From Malacoraja senta (taxonomy: Eukaryota), in contig CM075991.1 in NCBI GenBank assembly GCA_038087875.1, positions 9,550,001 to 9,614,000 on the forward strand: 64,000 nucleotides of DNA. The letters run 5' to 3'. The first letter of the stretch is position 1; every line of letters starts with the position of its first letter. Shown here piece after piece: positions 13,336 through 26,663 of this stretch. The notes under the pieces are model-generated. The model saw only the letters and a list, made by a program, of their open reading frames with translations, ran no database searches and had not been told where the DNA came from. Both the position numbers and the translations under genes were made by a program.

Positions 13336-13524
13336 CCCCACAAGTAAGGTAGTGGCCTTATTACACTTTACTTTAGAGACAGAGCACAGAAACAAGCCCT
13401 TCCCAGATTACGGCCTGACTGTAATCACGCATTGTCATTCCGCTGACTGGATAGCACGCAACAAAAAAAAGCTTTTCACTGAACCTCAGCACATGTGACA
13501 ATAAACCAAACCTACAACCAAAAT

Positions 13525-14400
13525 GTGAAGGAAGGAACTACAGATGCTATTTTACACCGAAGATACACAAAATACTGGAGTAACTCAGCGGGTCAGGCAG
13601 CATCTCTGGAGAAAAGGAATAGGTGACGTTTCAGGTTGAGACCCTTCTGCAGACTGAGTCAGTGGGTAGAGAGAAACTAGTAGTATGAAAAGGGTAAGAA
13701 AAATCAGAGCCGGCACCGATGACCAAGGAACGGTTGAGCCCACAATGGTCCATTGTTGGCTATGGTAGAGGTGATAACAAAGGGATGTACGGATGTGAAC
13801 AGGGAAACTAGCAGGATGACTGTGGTGGGGGAGGGACTGACAGAGAGGGAATGCAAGGGCTACTTGAAATTAGAGACATCAATATTCATACCGAAGATAG
13901 ATACAAGTAGCTGGAGTGACTCAGCGGGACAGGCAGCATCTCTGGAGAGAAGGAATGGGCGATGTTTCGGGTCGAGACCCTTCTTCAGACTGGTTAGGGA
14001 TATGGGAAACGAGAGATACAGACGATGATGTGGAGAGATAAAGAACAATGAATGAAAGATATGCAAAAAAGTAATGATGATAAAGGAAACAGGCCATTGT
14101 TAGCTGTTTGTAGAGTGAAAATGAGAAGCTAGTGCGACTTGGGTGGGGGAGGGATAGCGAGAGAGGGAATGCCGGGGCTACCTAAAGTGGAAGAAATGAA
14201 TATTCATACCACTGGGCTGTAAGCTGCCCAAGCGAAAAGTTGTAAACTGCCCAAGCGAAACTGTTATTCCAATTTGCGCGTTGCCTCACTCTGACAATGG
14301 TGGAGGCCCAGGACCGAAAGGTCAGTGTGGGAATGGGAAGGGGAGTTAAAGCATATGGCAACCGGGAAATTGCATAGGCCAAGGCGGACCGAGCGTGGGT
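13525..14400 (-). mobile_element. Two stacked Penelope-like 3' fragments in a DPYSL2 intron
   Basis: Two copies of the terminal repeat (~13525-13655 and ~13890-13990), each followed by a purine-rich spacer and degraded endonuclease-tail sequence similar to 53140-53345. Confidence 0.65.
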
Positions 14401-14460
14401 GTTCAGCTAACCGTACAGCCAGCCACTCTTATCCAAATAAAGCAACGGAAAACCCATTAC

Positions 14461-14640
14461 CTTGCTCCGTGCTTTGATCCTCTTGTAGACAAAATCCGGG
14501 AATGCCTTCTTGGGGATGAAGCGGCCGGAGCCTTCGGAAGCATGGATGATCCCGTCCTCCAGGACGATCTTCCCTTGGCTTATGACAACCAAGGGTCCTC
14601 CACGGCATTCCATCCCCTCAAAAATGTTGTACTCCACAGC
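14461..14640 (-). CDS. DPYSL2: DPYSL2/CRMP2 coding exon (180 bp)
   Basis: [63 protein letters not shown] acceptor and GTAATG donor. Confidence 0.95.
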
Positions 14641-16605
14641 CTGATCGGAGAAACGGGAACAAGAGACGAGATGAGGAAAAACCTTTTCCACCCAGAGAGT
14701 GGTGAATCTGTGGAATTCTTTGCCACAGAAGGCAGTGGGGGCCAATTCACTGGATGTTTTCAAGAGAGGGTTAGATTTAGCTCTTGGGGCTAACGGAATC
14801 AAGGGATATGGGGAAAAAGCAGGAATGGAGTACTGATTTTGGATGATCAGCCATGATCACATTGAATGGTGGTGTTGGCTCGAAGGGCCGAATGGCCTAC
14901 TCATGCACCTATTTTCTATGTTTCTAACACCTTGGCGACACACTACATCAGTGCTGGGAAAACTGTTGCGTTCTCTTCCCACATTCCCCACTTCCCATCA
15001 AATTCCCGGTGGGATTCAGTTCCCAATGGGCAAATGTTCTTCTGGAAGTTGGCTCAACAGATCTCTCCACTACCTCAGTCCAAAGAATCTTTAATGCAAA
15101 GATAGACACAAAATGGAGGAGTAACTCAGCGGGACAGGCAGCATCTCCTGGAGAGAAGGAATGGGTGACGATTCAGGTCGAGACCCTCCTTCAGACTTAT
15201 GTTTCGGGTTTCGACCCAAAACGTCACCAATTCTTCAGACGGAGAGTCGGGGGAGAGGGAGATTCTTTAAGGCAGCAGCATGGGTAGTTAGGCTGGTGAA
15301 CAACACATACATGACATTAGCTCTCTTTAGCAGAGGCAGAGAGCAAAGAAGGTGTGGGAAGGAACTGCAGATGCTGGTTTAAAAAGAAGATAGACAGAAA
15401 AAGCTGGAATAACTCAGCGGAACAGGCAGCATCTCTGGAAAGAAGGAATAGGTGACAAAAGTCTGAAACATCAGTCTGAAGAAGGGTCTCGACCTGAAAG
15501 GTCACCCATTCCTTCTCTCCAGAGATGCTGCCTGTCCCGCTGAGTTACTCCAGCATTTTGTGCTATCTTTAGAGAGCTAAGAAATTCTGGTGCAGCTTCA
15601 CGACATCGTCGGGAGCACGCAGGTCACAGGTTGGTGACCTATTTTTCTGGGGCTCCCGCAACTACAGCTGCGTCTGCTGGACTGGAGGGCGGCAGCTTCG
15701 GCAGCTTCGACCACCCCGGGCCGCGGAGTTTGAGCCGGCCCGTCGCGGAGCACGGATTCGGCCGCGGGACTGGCTTACCGTCGCCCGGCGGGGTCACAGC
15801 ATCAGAAGCCTGGATCGCCTCAGCGCAGAGGGAGAACAAAGAGGGAAGAGACAGAGACTTTAAGACTTTTGCCTCCATCACAGTGAGATGCCTGGTGAAC
15901 TCACTGTGGTGGATGTTAATTTGTGTTTATTGTGTGTTTTGTCATTTATTATTATATGTATGACTGCAGGCAACGAAATTTCGTTCAGACCGAAAGGTCT
16001 GAATGACAAATAAAGGAATCTCTAATCTCTAATCTCTAATCTCTAATCTCTAATAAAGCTTTATATAAAGTGGCATTTCAGATGCATTTAGATAGGTACA
16101 TGGATATAGAGGGAATGGAGGGATATGGATCATGTGCAGGCAGATGAGATTGGTTTGGCATCACATTAGGTACAGACATTGTGGGCCGAAGGGCCTGTTC
16201 CTGTGCTGCACTCTCCTATGTAGGAAGGAACTGCAGATAGACACAAAACGCTGGAGTAACTCAGCAGGGACAGAAGTCTGTAGCAGGGACTCGACCCAAA
16301 ACATCACCCATTCTTTCTCTCCAGAGATGCTGCCTGTCCCGCTGAGTTACTCCAGCGTTTTGTGTCCGTCCTCGGTTTAAACCAGCATCTGCAGTTCCTT
16401 CTAAATCAAGGAACTACAGATGCTGGTTTCAACCAAAGATAGACACACACACAGCTGGAGTAACTCAGCTGGTCATGCAAGGTCTCTGGAGAAAAGGAAC
16501 AGGTGACATTTCGGGTCGGGACCCTTCTTCAGACCGATAGTCAGGGGAGAGGGAAACTGGAGGTGGGACTGGAGGTGAGAGGAAACTATGACTAATCGGG
16601 GGCTA

Positions 16606-16869
<264 letters not shown>

Positions 16870-17647
16870 TTAAAACAACGGGAGACATCTCAGTGAGGGA
16901 ACAAAAAGATTGTTAAGGGCTTGGACACGCTAGAGGCAGGAAACATGCTCCCGATGTTGGGGGAGTCCAGAACCAGGGGCCACAGTTTAAGAATAAGGGG
17001 TAAGCCATTAAGAACGGAGACGAGGAAACACTTTTTCTCACAGAGAGTGGTGAATCTGTGGAATTCTCTGCCTCAGAGGGCGGTGGAGGCAGGTTCTCTG
17101 GATGCTTTCAAGAGAGAGCTAGATAGGGCTCTTAAAAATAACAGTCAGGGGATATGGGGAGAAGGCAGGTACGGGGAATTGATTGGGGATGATCAGCCAT
17201 GATCACATTGAATGGCGGTGCTGGCTCGAAGGGCCGAATGGCCTACTCCAGCACCTATTGTCGATTGTCGTAGATTCAACCATTGGAAAGAAGAGCAAAG
17301 AGACAAGACAGTACACCACTTCCTCAGGTGTTGTTTTGTGGTCTTTGAGATGCAAGTTTCACCAGGAACTCCAGGGCTGTTCGTGTCACTATTCACTACT
17401 TCCAAGTTTCAATTTTGTTGACTTCCCTTGATCTCTGGAATGGAGTACCTCACGATAATCAAATTAGTTTAATTTAGAGAGACAGCGCGGAAACAGGCCC
17501 TTCATCTCACGCCGGCCAACAACCACCCCGTACACTAGTTCCATCCTACACCCCGGGGACAATTTACAGAAGCCAATTAACCTGCACGTCTTTGGAAATG
17601 TGGGAGGAACCCGGAGCACCCGGAAAAACCAAGATCACAGGGAGAAT

Positions 17648-17926
17648 CAAGTCAAGTCAAGTCACTTTTATTTCTATAGCACATTTAAAAAACAACTCTC
17701 GTTGGCCAAAGTGCTTTACATTGGTGGAGGTACTAACGTTATACAACAGTGGTTCATAGATTAAATACATACATCACTACATACATATAGCCCTCGCCCA
17801 GAGGACGTCAAGAAAGGCTTGGGAGTAGAGATGAGTTTTAAGTCTCGAACTTAAAGGAGTCGATGGAGGGGGCAGTTCTGATGGGAAGAGGGATGCTGTT
17901 CCACAGTCTAGGAGCTGCAACCGCAA
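17648..17926 (-). mobile_element. L2-like LINE 3' fragment inserted in a V-SINE (17466-18025)
   Basis: SRLKTHLYSQAF C-terminal motif and (TTGAC)n tail; splits the SINE at gggagaa|tgtgcaaac. Confidence 0.65.
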
Positions 17927-18802
17927 TGTGCAAACTCCGTACAAACAGCACCCAGAGTCGGGATTGAAGCCGGGCCTCTGGCACCACAAGGCAGCAACTC
18001 TACCGCTGCACCACTGTGCCGCCCGAAAACTGCATTAGCAGGAAGCAAGAGGAAAAACATTGATACCCCCCCCACAGCATTCGATGATGAACATTGTAGG
18101 GACTGGTGTTAATTCACTTTGGCCATCCACATCCAAACATCAATGCACGATGGACCATTAACATTATGATAGGATGGGAGGCGCATAAACATCAGGTGAC
18201 CCCCACTGCCTGCTTACAGCGCCCGAGACCCAGGTTCCATCTTGTCTTCGGGTGCTGTCTGTACGGAGTTTGTACGTTCTCCCCGTGACCTGCGTGGGTT
18301 TTCTACGGGTTCTCCGGTTTCCTCCCACACTCCAAAGACGTACTTGGTAAATGGCTTGGTATAATTATAAACTGTCTCTAGAGTGTGTAGGGTAGTGTTA
18401 GTGTATGGGGATCGGTGGGTGGCGCGGACTAGGTAGGCCCAAAGAGCCTGTTTCCGTGCTGTATCTCTAAAACGAAACTAAACTGCCTGCCACTGTGGGC
18501 AAATTCCTTCACAATGCATCAGCCTTGGCACTGTCTTCCAAAACCCAGTCCCTTGCACTGTAGGGATGTTTGAAAAGAAAAATCTCACCCTTGATGACCA
18601 TGTAGGGTCAGCCTCCAACATCCCGACTTGTTTCACAGAAATGGTACAAATCTGTCGACTCATTCAAGCATCCATCAGACGCCAGCAATTCTTTCAGTCG
18701 TTCCCGCAACCCGGCCCTCTAATGCATAGGGTCACCCTCAAGACAAAGCCCCACCCTCTCTGCAGCTTCTCCACAGGTTCTGCCACACGTTCAGGTACTC
18801 AC

Positions 18803-18944
18803 CACTGCCTTGTCCCACACGATGGACATCCTCTCCTCCACGCCGTTGGTGCCCTCTGGGATCATGGTGAAGTCGTCCTTCCCCACCGCCTTTTGGGAGG
18901 TGTTGAAGGTGCAGTGCGCGCTGCCGGTCACCTGCAGATCGCCG
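18803..18944 (-). CDS. DPYSL2: DPYSL2/CRMP2 coding exon (142 bp)
   Basis: (C)[50 protein letters not shown] acceptor and GTGAGT donor. Confidence 0.95.
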
Positions 18945-20012
18945 CTGGAGAGAAGTGGGACAAGACTCAACAGGAGGCCTTCGGGCACTCTGACAGTCAG
19001 TTGACAAGTACACCATGAAGACCAAGAGTCTTAGGGCCAGGCCCAGTGTTCCTTCCACCTGGTCCGCCAATAGAACATGATGACTGATTCTACACCTTGT
19101 CCACTTGGACAGCCAATGGCTCTGTATTGTCCTGAGGGATGGCTCGGTAGCGCAGCAGGTAGAGTTGCTGCCGTACAGCGCCAGAGACCCAGGTTCGATC
19201 CGGTCTACAGGTGGCTATCTGCACATTCTCCACGTGACCTGCGTGAGTTTTCTCCAGGAAGCTCCGGTTTCCTCCCACACTCCAAAGACGTCGGCTAATT
19301 GGCTTGGTATAAATGTAAATTGTCCCTAGTGTGTGTAGGATAGTGTTGGTACGCGGAGATCCCTGGTTTATCCAAACCCGATTTATCCAACTTAACATTC
19401 CATACAGTGGCATTTGAATGTACCACATCAAGATCATCTTTGCACTAACCTCTTGACAGATTCATTCTACCACCATACCTCAATTGTTAATGTAACTATT
19501 GTAGTTATTTTAATAGTGACAAGAGGGAAAAGGGTCCAATGCTTAACACTGTCCACTGCCACCCTCCCACCCCACCAGACACCCGAATTGCACAAAGGAT
19601 AAAAAGTGCTGGAGTAAGGGGTTAGGTGGCATCTCTGGAGAACATCCATGTTCTCCAGAGATGCTGCTTGTCCCACGGAGTTACTCTAGCACTTTGTCCT
19701 TTTATATAAACCAGCTTCTGCAGTTCCTTGTTTCTAACTCAATTGTGGACTTTGTTTCAAACGGTTTAACCGGTTTAGAAATACAGCGTGGAAACAGGCC
19801 AGTCGGCCCACAGAGTCCACACTGACCAACGATCACACCTGCATAGTTCTATCCTATACAACAAGAACAATTTGCAGAAGCCAATTCACCTGGAAACCTG
19901 CACATCTTTGGAGTGTGGGAGGAAACTGGAGCACACAGAGTCACAGGGAGAACGTACCAAATCCTTACAGACAGCGCCAGAGGTCAGGATCGAACCTGGG
20001 TGCCCAGCGTTA

Positions 20013-20291
<279 letters not shown>

Positions 20292-20746
20292 TCATTGAGC
20301 ACATAAAATCTCAAACCACGTGGACCATTTTTAAACCCAGCGCTAGGTCCATAACTTTTAACTTTTAATACTCATCTGGAGACTGCCTGCGTGGGCAAGT
20401 TGGGCCGAATGGCCCACTTCCACGCTGTATGACTTACGATGTGCACTGCCGGCTGCATTTCCTCCATGACACTGAAGACAGACAAAATGCTGGAGTAACT
20501 CAGCAGGACATCTGGAGAGAAGGAATCTGACGTTTCGGGTCGAGAAGGGTCTCGACCTGAAAGGTCACCTATTCCTTTCCTCCAGAGATGCTGCCTGACC
20601 CGCTGAGTAACTCCAGCATTTTGTGTCTATCTTTGGTGTAAACCAGCACCTGCAATTCCTTCCTACACACTGAAAACAGTGCTCCTTTGACTGTGAAGTA
20701 CTTTGCAGCCTCTGAAGGGGACAAAAAGTGCTGTGAAAGTGCATAA

Positions 20747-21054
20747 AGGACCTGTCCCACTGTACGAGGTAATTCAAGAGCTCTCCCGAGTTTAAAAAAA
20801 AATCAAACTCGTGGTAATTACGTAGAATGTACGTAGCGGCTACGTCGGAGCTCGTGGATGTCTCGTAGCGGCTCGTAACGCTAACGGCAGGTACTCTGGA
20901 AACGCGGTAACTCGTGAAGTTTTTTTAGCCCTGTTAAAAATGTCCACGAGAGCCCCCGAGTACCTACGAACGGCTATTACCGTAATTCTCCGAGTTCGAA
21001 TCAGGGGAAACTCGGGAGAACTCTGGAATTACCTCGTACAGTGGGACAGGCCCA
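20747..21054. mobile_element. PIF/Harbinger-type MITE, third family
   Basis: TIRs ...CCTGTCCCACTGTACGAG; TAA on both sides; body shared with 48388-48718 and 54346-54663. Confidence 0.85.
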
Positions 21055-21748
21055 TAATCTAGGACATGAGAGTCATAGAGCATGGAAGCAGGCCCTTCGG
21101 CCCAATTTGCCCATGATGCCCCATCTACACTAGACCAATCTGCCAGCATTTGGCCCATATCCCTCTAAACCTTTCCTGTCCAAATGTCTTTAAAATGTTA
21201 TTTTAGTATCTGCCCCAACTACCTCCTGTGGCAGCTCATCCCATGTGCCCACCACCCTGCGTGTGAAAAAGTTGCCCCTCAGATTCCCATTCCATCTTTC
21301 CCCTCCCACCTTAAACCTATATCCTTGGGTTCTGGCATCACCTACATTAGGTAACAGACTCTGTGCATCTACACCAGGGTCGATAAGACACAAAAAGCTG
21401 GAGTAACTCAACGGGTCAGACAGCATCTCTGGAAAAAAAGGAATAGGTGACGTTTTGGGTCGAGACCCTTCTTCGCGATCCAAAACATCACCTATTCCTT
21501 TTCTCCAGAGATGCTGTCTGACCCGCTGAGTTACTCCAGCTTTTTGTGTCTAACTTTGGTTTAAACCAGCATCTACACACTATTTATTCCCCTCATGGTC
21601 TTATACACCTCCATAAGATCATCCCTCAGCCTCCTGCATGCCAAGGAATAAAGTCCTAGTCTGCCCTATCTCTCCCTATAGCACACAGGCCCTCATGATG
21701 GGATTCGAACATCAGGTCTGGATTCAATCCACCAGCACAACCACACAC

Positions 21749-21783
21749 CTTTCTTCCTGGCCTGAGCGATGATATCAGCTGCA
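21749..21783 (-). CDS. DPYSL2: DPYSL2/CRMP2 coding exon, 3' part only (truncated by the N gap)
   Basis: Reverse strand reads AADIIAQARKK-G followed by a GT donor at 21748-21747. This matches CRMP2 SAEVIAQARKK|G and its phase 1 fits the next exon. Confidence 0.85.
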
Positions 21784-21983
21784 NNNNNNNNNNNNNNNNN
21801 NNNNNNNNNNNNNNNNNNNNNNNNNNNNNNNNNNNNNNNNNNNNNNNNNNNNNNNNNNNNNNNNNNNNNNNNNNNNNNNNNNNNNNNNNNNNNNNNNNNN
21901 NNNNNNNNNNNNNNNNNNNNNNNNNNNNNNNNNNNNNNNNNNNNNNNNNNNNNNNNNNNNNNNNNNNNNNNNNNNNNNNNNNN
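21784..21983. other. Assembly gap (exactly 200 N)
   Basis: Run of 200 N; a round length typical of a scaffolding placeholder of unknown true size. Confidence 0.97.
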
Positions 21984-22584
21984 TCCAAACTCAGTAAGCC
22001 TGGTTTCTCTAACTTCCCTTCAGTAGACCAACAGCTCATACCAGATAACAGTCCACTAAACAGACTTTGAACTGCTTTCAGCAGGTTAACATTCCTCCCT
22101 CGAGTAAAAAAAATACAGCATTATGTACACTAGACCACAGTGCGCGCTCACTAACAATCGGTATAAAACTTTGGTTGACAAAAATGCTGGAGAAACTCAG
22201 CGGGTGAGGCAGCATCTATGGAGCAGAGGAAATAGGCAATGTTTCCGGTCAAGACCCTTCTTCAGACTTCAAACCTTTCCTGTGTTTGCAATCTGTTCCC
22301 TTCCAGATAAATGATAACATTCTGATTACCTGCTGGACTTGCTGTTAGTCTTCACGTACCAGGATATTCAGGTCTTTCAGCATCTCAGATCAGCAATCCT
22401 AGGATGTGCATATCTCTGAAGATCTGCCCTGGTCCCAGCACATTGATGCAATTTGTAAAGGAAGCCTATCAAGCCTCTACTTCCGGAGAAGATGTAGTCC
22501 CCCTCCCATACGATACGATAGAACATTATTTATCCCAGGCGGGAAATTGATCTGCCAACAGTCATAAACACACAAAATACATGA

Positions 22585-23010
22585 ATCATCCGGACTTTTC
22601 TATCCTGGGCCTCATCCACTGCAAATTGGAGGAACAGCGCCTCATATTTTGCTTGGGCAGCTTACAAACCAGCAGTATGAATATTGACTACTCTAACTGT
22701 AATCCTTGCTTTCCCTCTCTCTCCATCCCTCCCCATCCTAGTTCTCTAACTGTCCTCCTGATTAAATTCAACTTTGTATGTTTTGTTGTCATCTTCCTGT
22801 AACTAACAGTTTTCTATTCTACATTTATTTTTGCCTTGATCGCCATCCCCCTTGATCTCTTGTTTTCACAGCTTACCCTTCCATATCTCAATGTCTCCCT
22901 CCCCCCTGACTCTGTCTGAAAAAGGGTCTCGACCCGAAACGTCACCCATTCCTTCTCTCCAGAGATGCTGCCTGTTCCGCTGAGTTACTCCAGCATTTTG
23001 TGTCTATCTT
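22585..23010 (+). mobile_element. Degenerate Penelope-like element 3' fragment
   Basis: DFSILGLIHCKLEEQRLIFCLGSLQTSSMNID peptide, pyrimidine-rich spacer, then the same terminal repeat (core mutated to CTGAAAA). Confidence 0.7.
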
Positions 23011-24399
23011 TACAGATCCCATATGTTGCCTTATTGCACTTCTACAGGTGTGCGGTAGAGTCTATTGGTTGCATCAGGGCTTGGTTCAGCAATTTAAACA
23101 CACACGAATGCAGATTACAATAGGTGGTCAACGCCTTTATGGGTACTGACCTCCCTAAGATGCAAGGAATACTTAGAAGGCGATTTCTCAAATAGGCAGC
23201 CAGAATCAAAGACCTGCACTATCCTAGCCACCTCTCTCACCATCGGGAAGAAGGTATAAAAATCTAAAAACCATGACCACCAGGTTCAAGAATAGCTTCT
23301 TCCCAACAACCATCAGGCTCTTTAGTACTACGAAACACGAACTTAACTATGAACTATGCACCAAGGACTTTGAGCTTTTTTTACACTGGTATTGGGGGTT
23401 ATTAATTAATTGAATGATTTTATTTTTTTAATTACCTAAGTGTATGAATATGCTGTTGAAGATAGACACAAAATGCTGGAGTAACTCAGCGGGTCAGGCA
23501 GCATCTTTGGAGAAAGGGAATAGGTGACGTTTCGGGTCGAGGGCCTTCTTCAGAGGAACTGGACGGCCGTTCTCTCACGGGAAATGGTGCTCGATCAGCC
23601 GGTGGTAACGCCACAGGGTCGAGAATTTTACCCTAATCTCGGGCAGTATCCGTCTCATCCGCCCAACCTACGCGCTTAGAGTTGAGGGATGAATTTCCAG
23701 TCACAGGTGTGTTAATTTAGCACTTCTGATGAAATTCCTATTATAGACAATAGACAATAGGTGGAGTAGGCCATTCGGCCCTTCGAGCCAGCACCGCCAT
23801 TCAACGTGATCATGGCTGATCATCCCCAATCAGTACCCCGTTCCTGCCTTCTCCCCATATCCCCTGATTCCGCTATTTTTAAGAGCCCTATCTAGCTCTC
23901 TCTTGAAAGCATCCAGAGAACCTGCCTCCACCGCCCTCTGAGGCAGAGAATTCCACAGACTCACCACTCTCTGTGAGGAAAAGTGTTTCCTCGTCTCCTA
24001 AATGGCTTACTCCTTATTCTTAGACTGCCATTCTGCTAAAGACACGAAAAATGTGCGCCGAAAAATCTGGATTTCCAAATAGTAACGCCTTATCAGCACT
24101 GCACACATTTACAGCTTGCCTTCATCCCGTGGCTCGTTGACTTTAACAGAGACAGTGGTTGCTTTTCGTACCGCGGTGTCGGCGAAGGCTACGAGCCTGC
24201 TTATTCGTGGTCAAATAAATCATCGTGAGCCACAATACAGCTCAAACGTTCACCAAATATTGTTGAACACTGAACGTTTCTGTACAAGAGGGAACCGTGC
24301 AGCCGGCGAGGCAACAATGCGACGCAGAAACGCCGGTGATATATTACATTTACACGCCGTTGTTAGTCGGCGACACATGCACAGTTTGCCCTTAAAGTG

Positions 24400-24472
24400 T
24401 TAAAGAAGGAACTGCAGATGCTGGAAAATCGAAGGTACACAAAAATGCTGGAGAAACTCAGCGGGTGCAGCA
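24400..24472 (-). mobile_element. Single-arm Penelope-derived insertion with TSD
   Basis: Same terminus as the 2256 element; 19-bp TSD ACAGTTTGCCCTTAAAGTG at 24381-24399 and 24473-24491. Confidence 0.8.
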
Positions 24473-26399
24473 ACAGTTTGCCCTTAAAGTGCTTGTCTGA
24501 TCATTTAAGATGTGGTCGTTCTGCAAATCACCACGACGGTCAGCAGATGCCAGCTGTCAGAGAGAGTCTATGTACCAGAGAGTCACTTAGATTCTGTTAA
24601 AACTTGAAGCGGCCCTTCCTTCGCTGAAATGTAACCATTGATGGCGAGGGGCTGGTCTGCTACCGATCTACACGCCACACTCGAATAGGGAGAGGCCTGG
24701 ATGTGGAGAGGATGTTTCCACCAGTGGGAGAGTCTGGGACCAGAGGCCATGACCTCGGAATTAAAGGACCTACCTTTAGAAAGGAGATGAGAAGGTATTT
24801 CTTTAGTCAAGAGGGTGGTGAATCTGTGGAATTCATTGCCACAAGCGGCTGTGGAGGCCACGACAATGGATATTTTTGAGGCAGAGATTGACAGATTCTT
24901 GATTAGTAAAAGGGTGTCAGGGGTTATGGGGAGAAGGCAGGAGAATGGGGTTGAGAGGAAAACACATGGTTGAATGGCAGAGTGGACTTGATGGGCCGAA
25001 TGGCCTAATTCTGCTCCTATGACTTATGATCGCCATAAGGATGAGAAGGCGTTTCTTCCCAGAGGCCATTCGGACTGTAAACTCCTGTCTCACCAGAGAC
25101 TAACTTTACTGAACCAATTTACTGTTGCGTGGTGTCTTTTTTAAATTGCTGTTTTTTCTTTTTTCTCCTCCCACAAATATGTAATATGTGAATATGTGTT
25201 TCTGTTCCATTCCGTTTTGTCGTTTTTTTGCACAATCCACAAGCATTGCCACTTCTCATTTCACTGCAAATCTCGTATGTGTATTTGACGAATAAACTTG
25301 ACTTGACTTGACTTGATAAGAGCATAAGACATTGGAACAGAATTGAGCCGTTCGGCCCATCAAATCTACACCTCTATTTGATCGTTGCTGATCTAGTTTT
25401 CCCTCTCCTACCTTCTCATCGTAACCTTTGGTGCCCTTAGTGATCAAGCGTGCACTGGGGGCAAATTGAAGATACATTTGTGTTTGGATTTATTATTGTC
25501 ACGCGTGCCGAGGTACAGTGAAAAGCTTTGTTTAACATGCTAGCCCAGCGGATCAGATATACCCCCATACAGTCAAATACAATCAACTCAAACGCATGTA
25601 CAATGGATGCGAAATAGAGATCTCAGCATTGTAGCGCTGCAATTCCATAGACAAAGTCCAATGTCCACAATTGGGTAGAAGTGAAATGGATAGTACCCTG
25701 GCTTATGGAAGGACCGCACAATCCAGAAATTCCTGAAAATTGCAAATAATTAGCACTGGTGTTTCCAGACCAGGCCTCCATCTGAAGAAGGATTCGGACA
25801 AAACATCACCCACCCTTTTTCTCCAGAGATGCTGCCTGAGTTACTCTGAGTTACTCCAGCACTTTGTGTCTGATCTTCGCAATAAGCACCGATCTGAGCC
25901 ATCTCGACTAACTGCCGGAGGAATTCAGTGATCCAGGCAGCGTCTGTGGTGGGGAAGCTCGTTCACAATTGCAAACTGGTCCATGCTGGTCAGACCAGAG
26001 ATGTTGCAAGTGAATATTACCTGGACAACCAGCATTAAACAAAGGACGCAAAGTGCTGGAGTAACTCAGCGGGCCAGGCAGCATCTCTGGAGAACATGGA
26101 TAGGTGATGTTTGGGGTCGAGACCCTTCTTCAGACTCTGTACTACCCCATCTATATCTCTCGTTTCCCTCTCCCCTGACTCTCAGTCTGAAGAAGGGTCT
26201 CGACTCGAAACTATTCGTTTTCTCCAGAGATGCCGCCTGTCCCGCTGAGTTACTCCAGCATTTTGCGTCTTATCTTCGGTTTAAATCAGCATCTGCAGTT
26301 CCTTCCAGCACAAACTGATTATCTAACTCTATTATATTCCCATCGTCTTTTTTAAATACACCTCTACCAGTCACCAAATAACCCATGGGAAACAATCGC

Positions 26400-26663
26400 A
26401 GCCTATCCAAGCGTCAACTCCAAGGTCCGGCAGTTATTGATGGCAGTCGAGTCGACAAGAGTATTGCCTCAAATGACCCAGCGGAGAGCCACAGGCAGTT
26501 AGCATCATTGCAGCTGTTCATCACTTCGCTGTCTGAGCCGGTACATTCTAGAAACAGCGAGGATCGTTGTGCGGAGACTGCTAGCGAGTGGAGAACGAGC
26601 TCATGTTCTGACCCTGGAGGGAATTCGCCGGGGAGAGAGATTCGATACCCCACGGAGTAAAAT
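26400..26663 (+). promoter_or_regulatory. Candidate promoter / non-coding first exon of ADRA1A
   Basis: Non-repeat CpG-containing stretch ending in a GTAAGT donor at 26664-26669. A good acceptor (cctttcccccttcctacAG, 27801-27802) lies 178 nt before the ATG. No transcript evidence. Confidence 0.35.

Noticed and set aside
12895..13498. Cys-rich ORFs resembling metallothionein or keratin-associated proteins
   Set aside because: They are translations of the minisatellite, open in several frames on both strands.
21656..22039. ORFs spanning the gap
   Set aside because: Artefacts of translating N. Only the AADIIAQARKKG frame left of the gap is meaningful.
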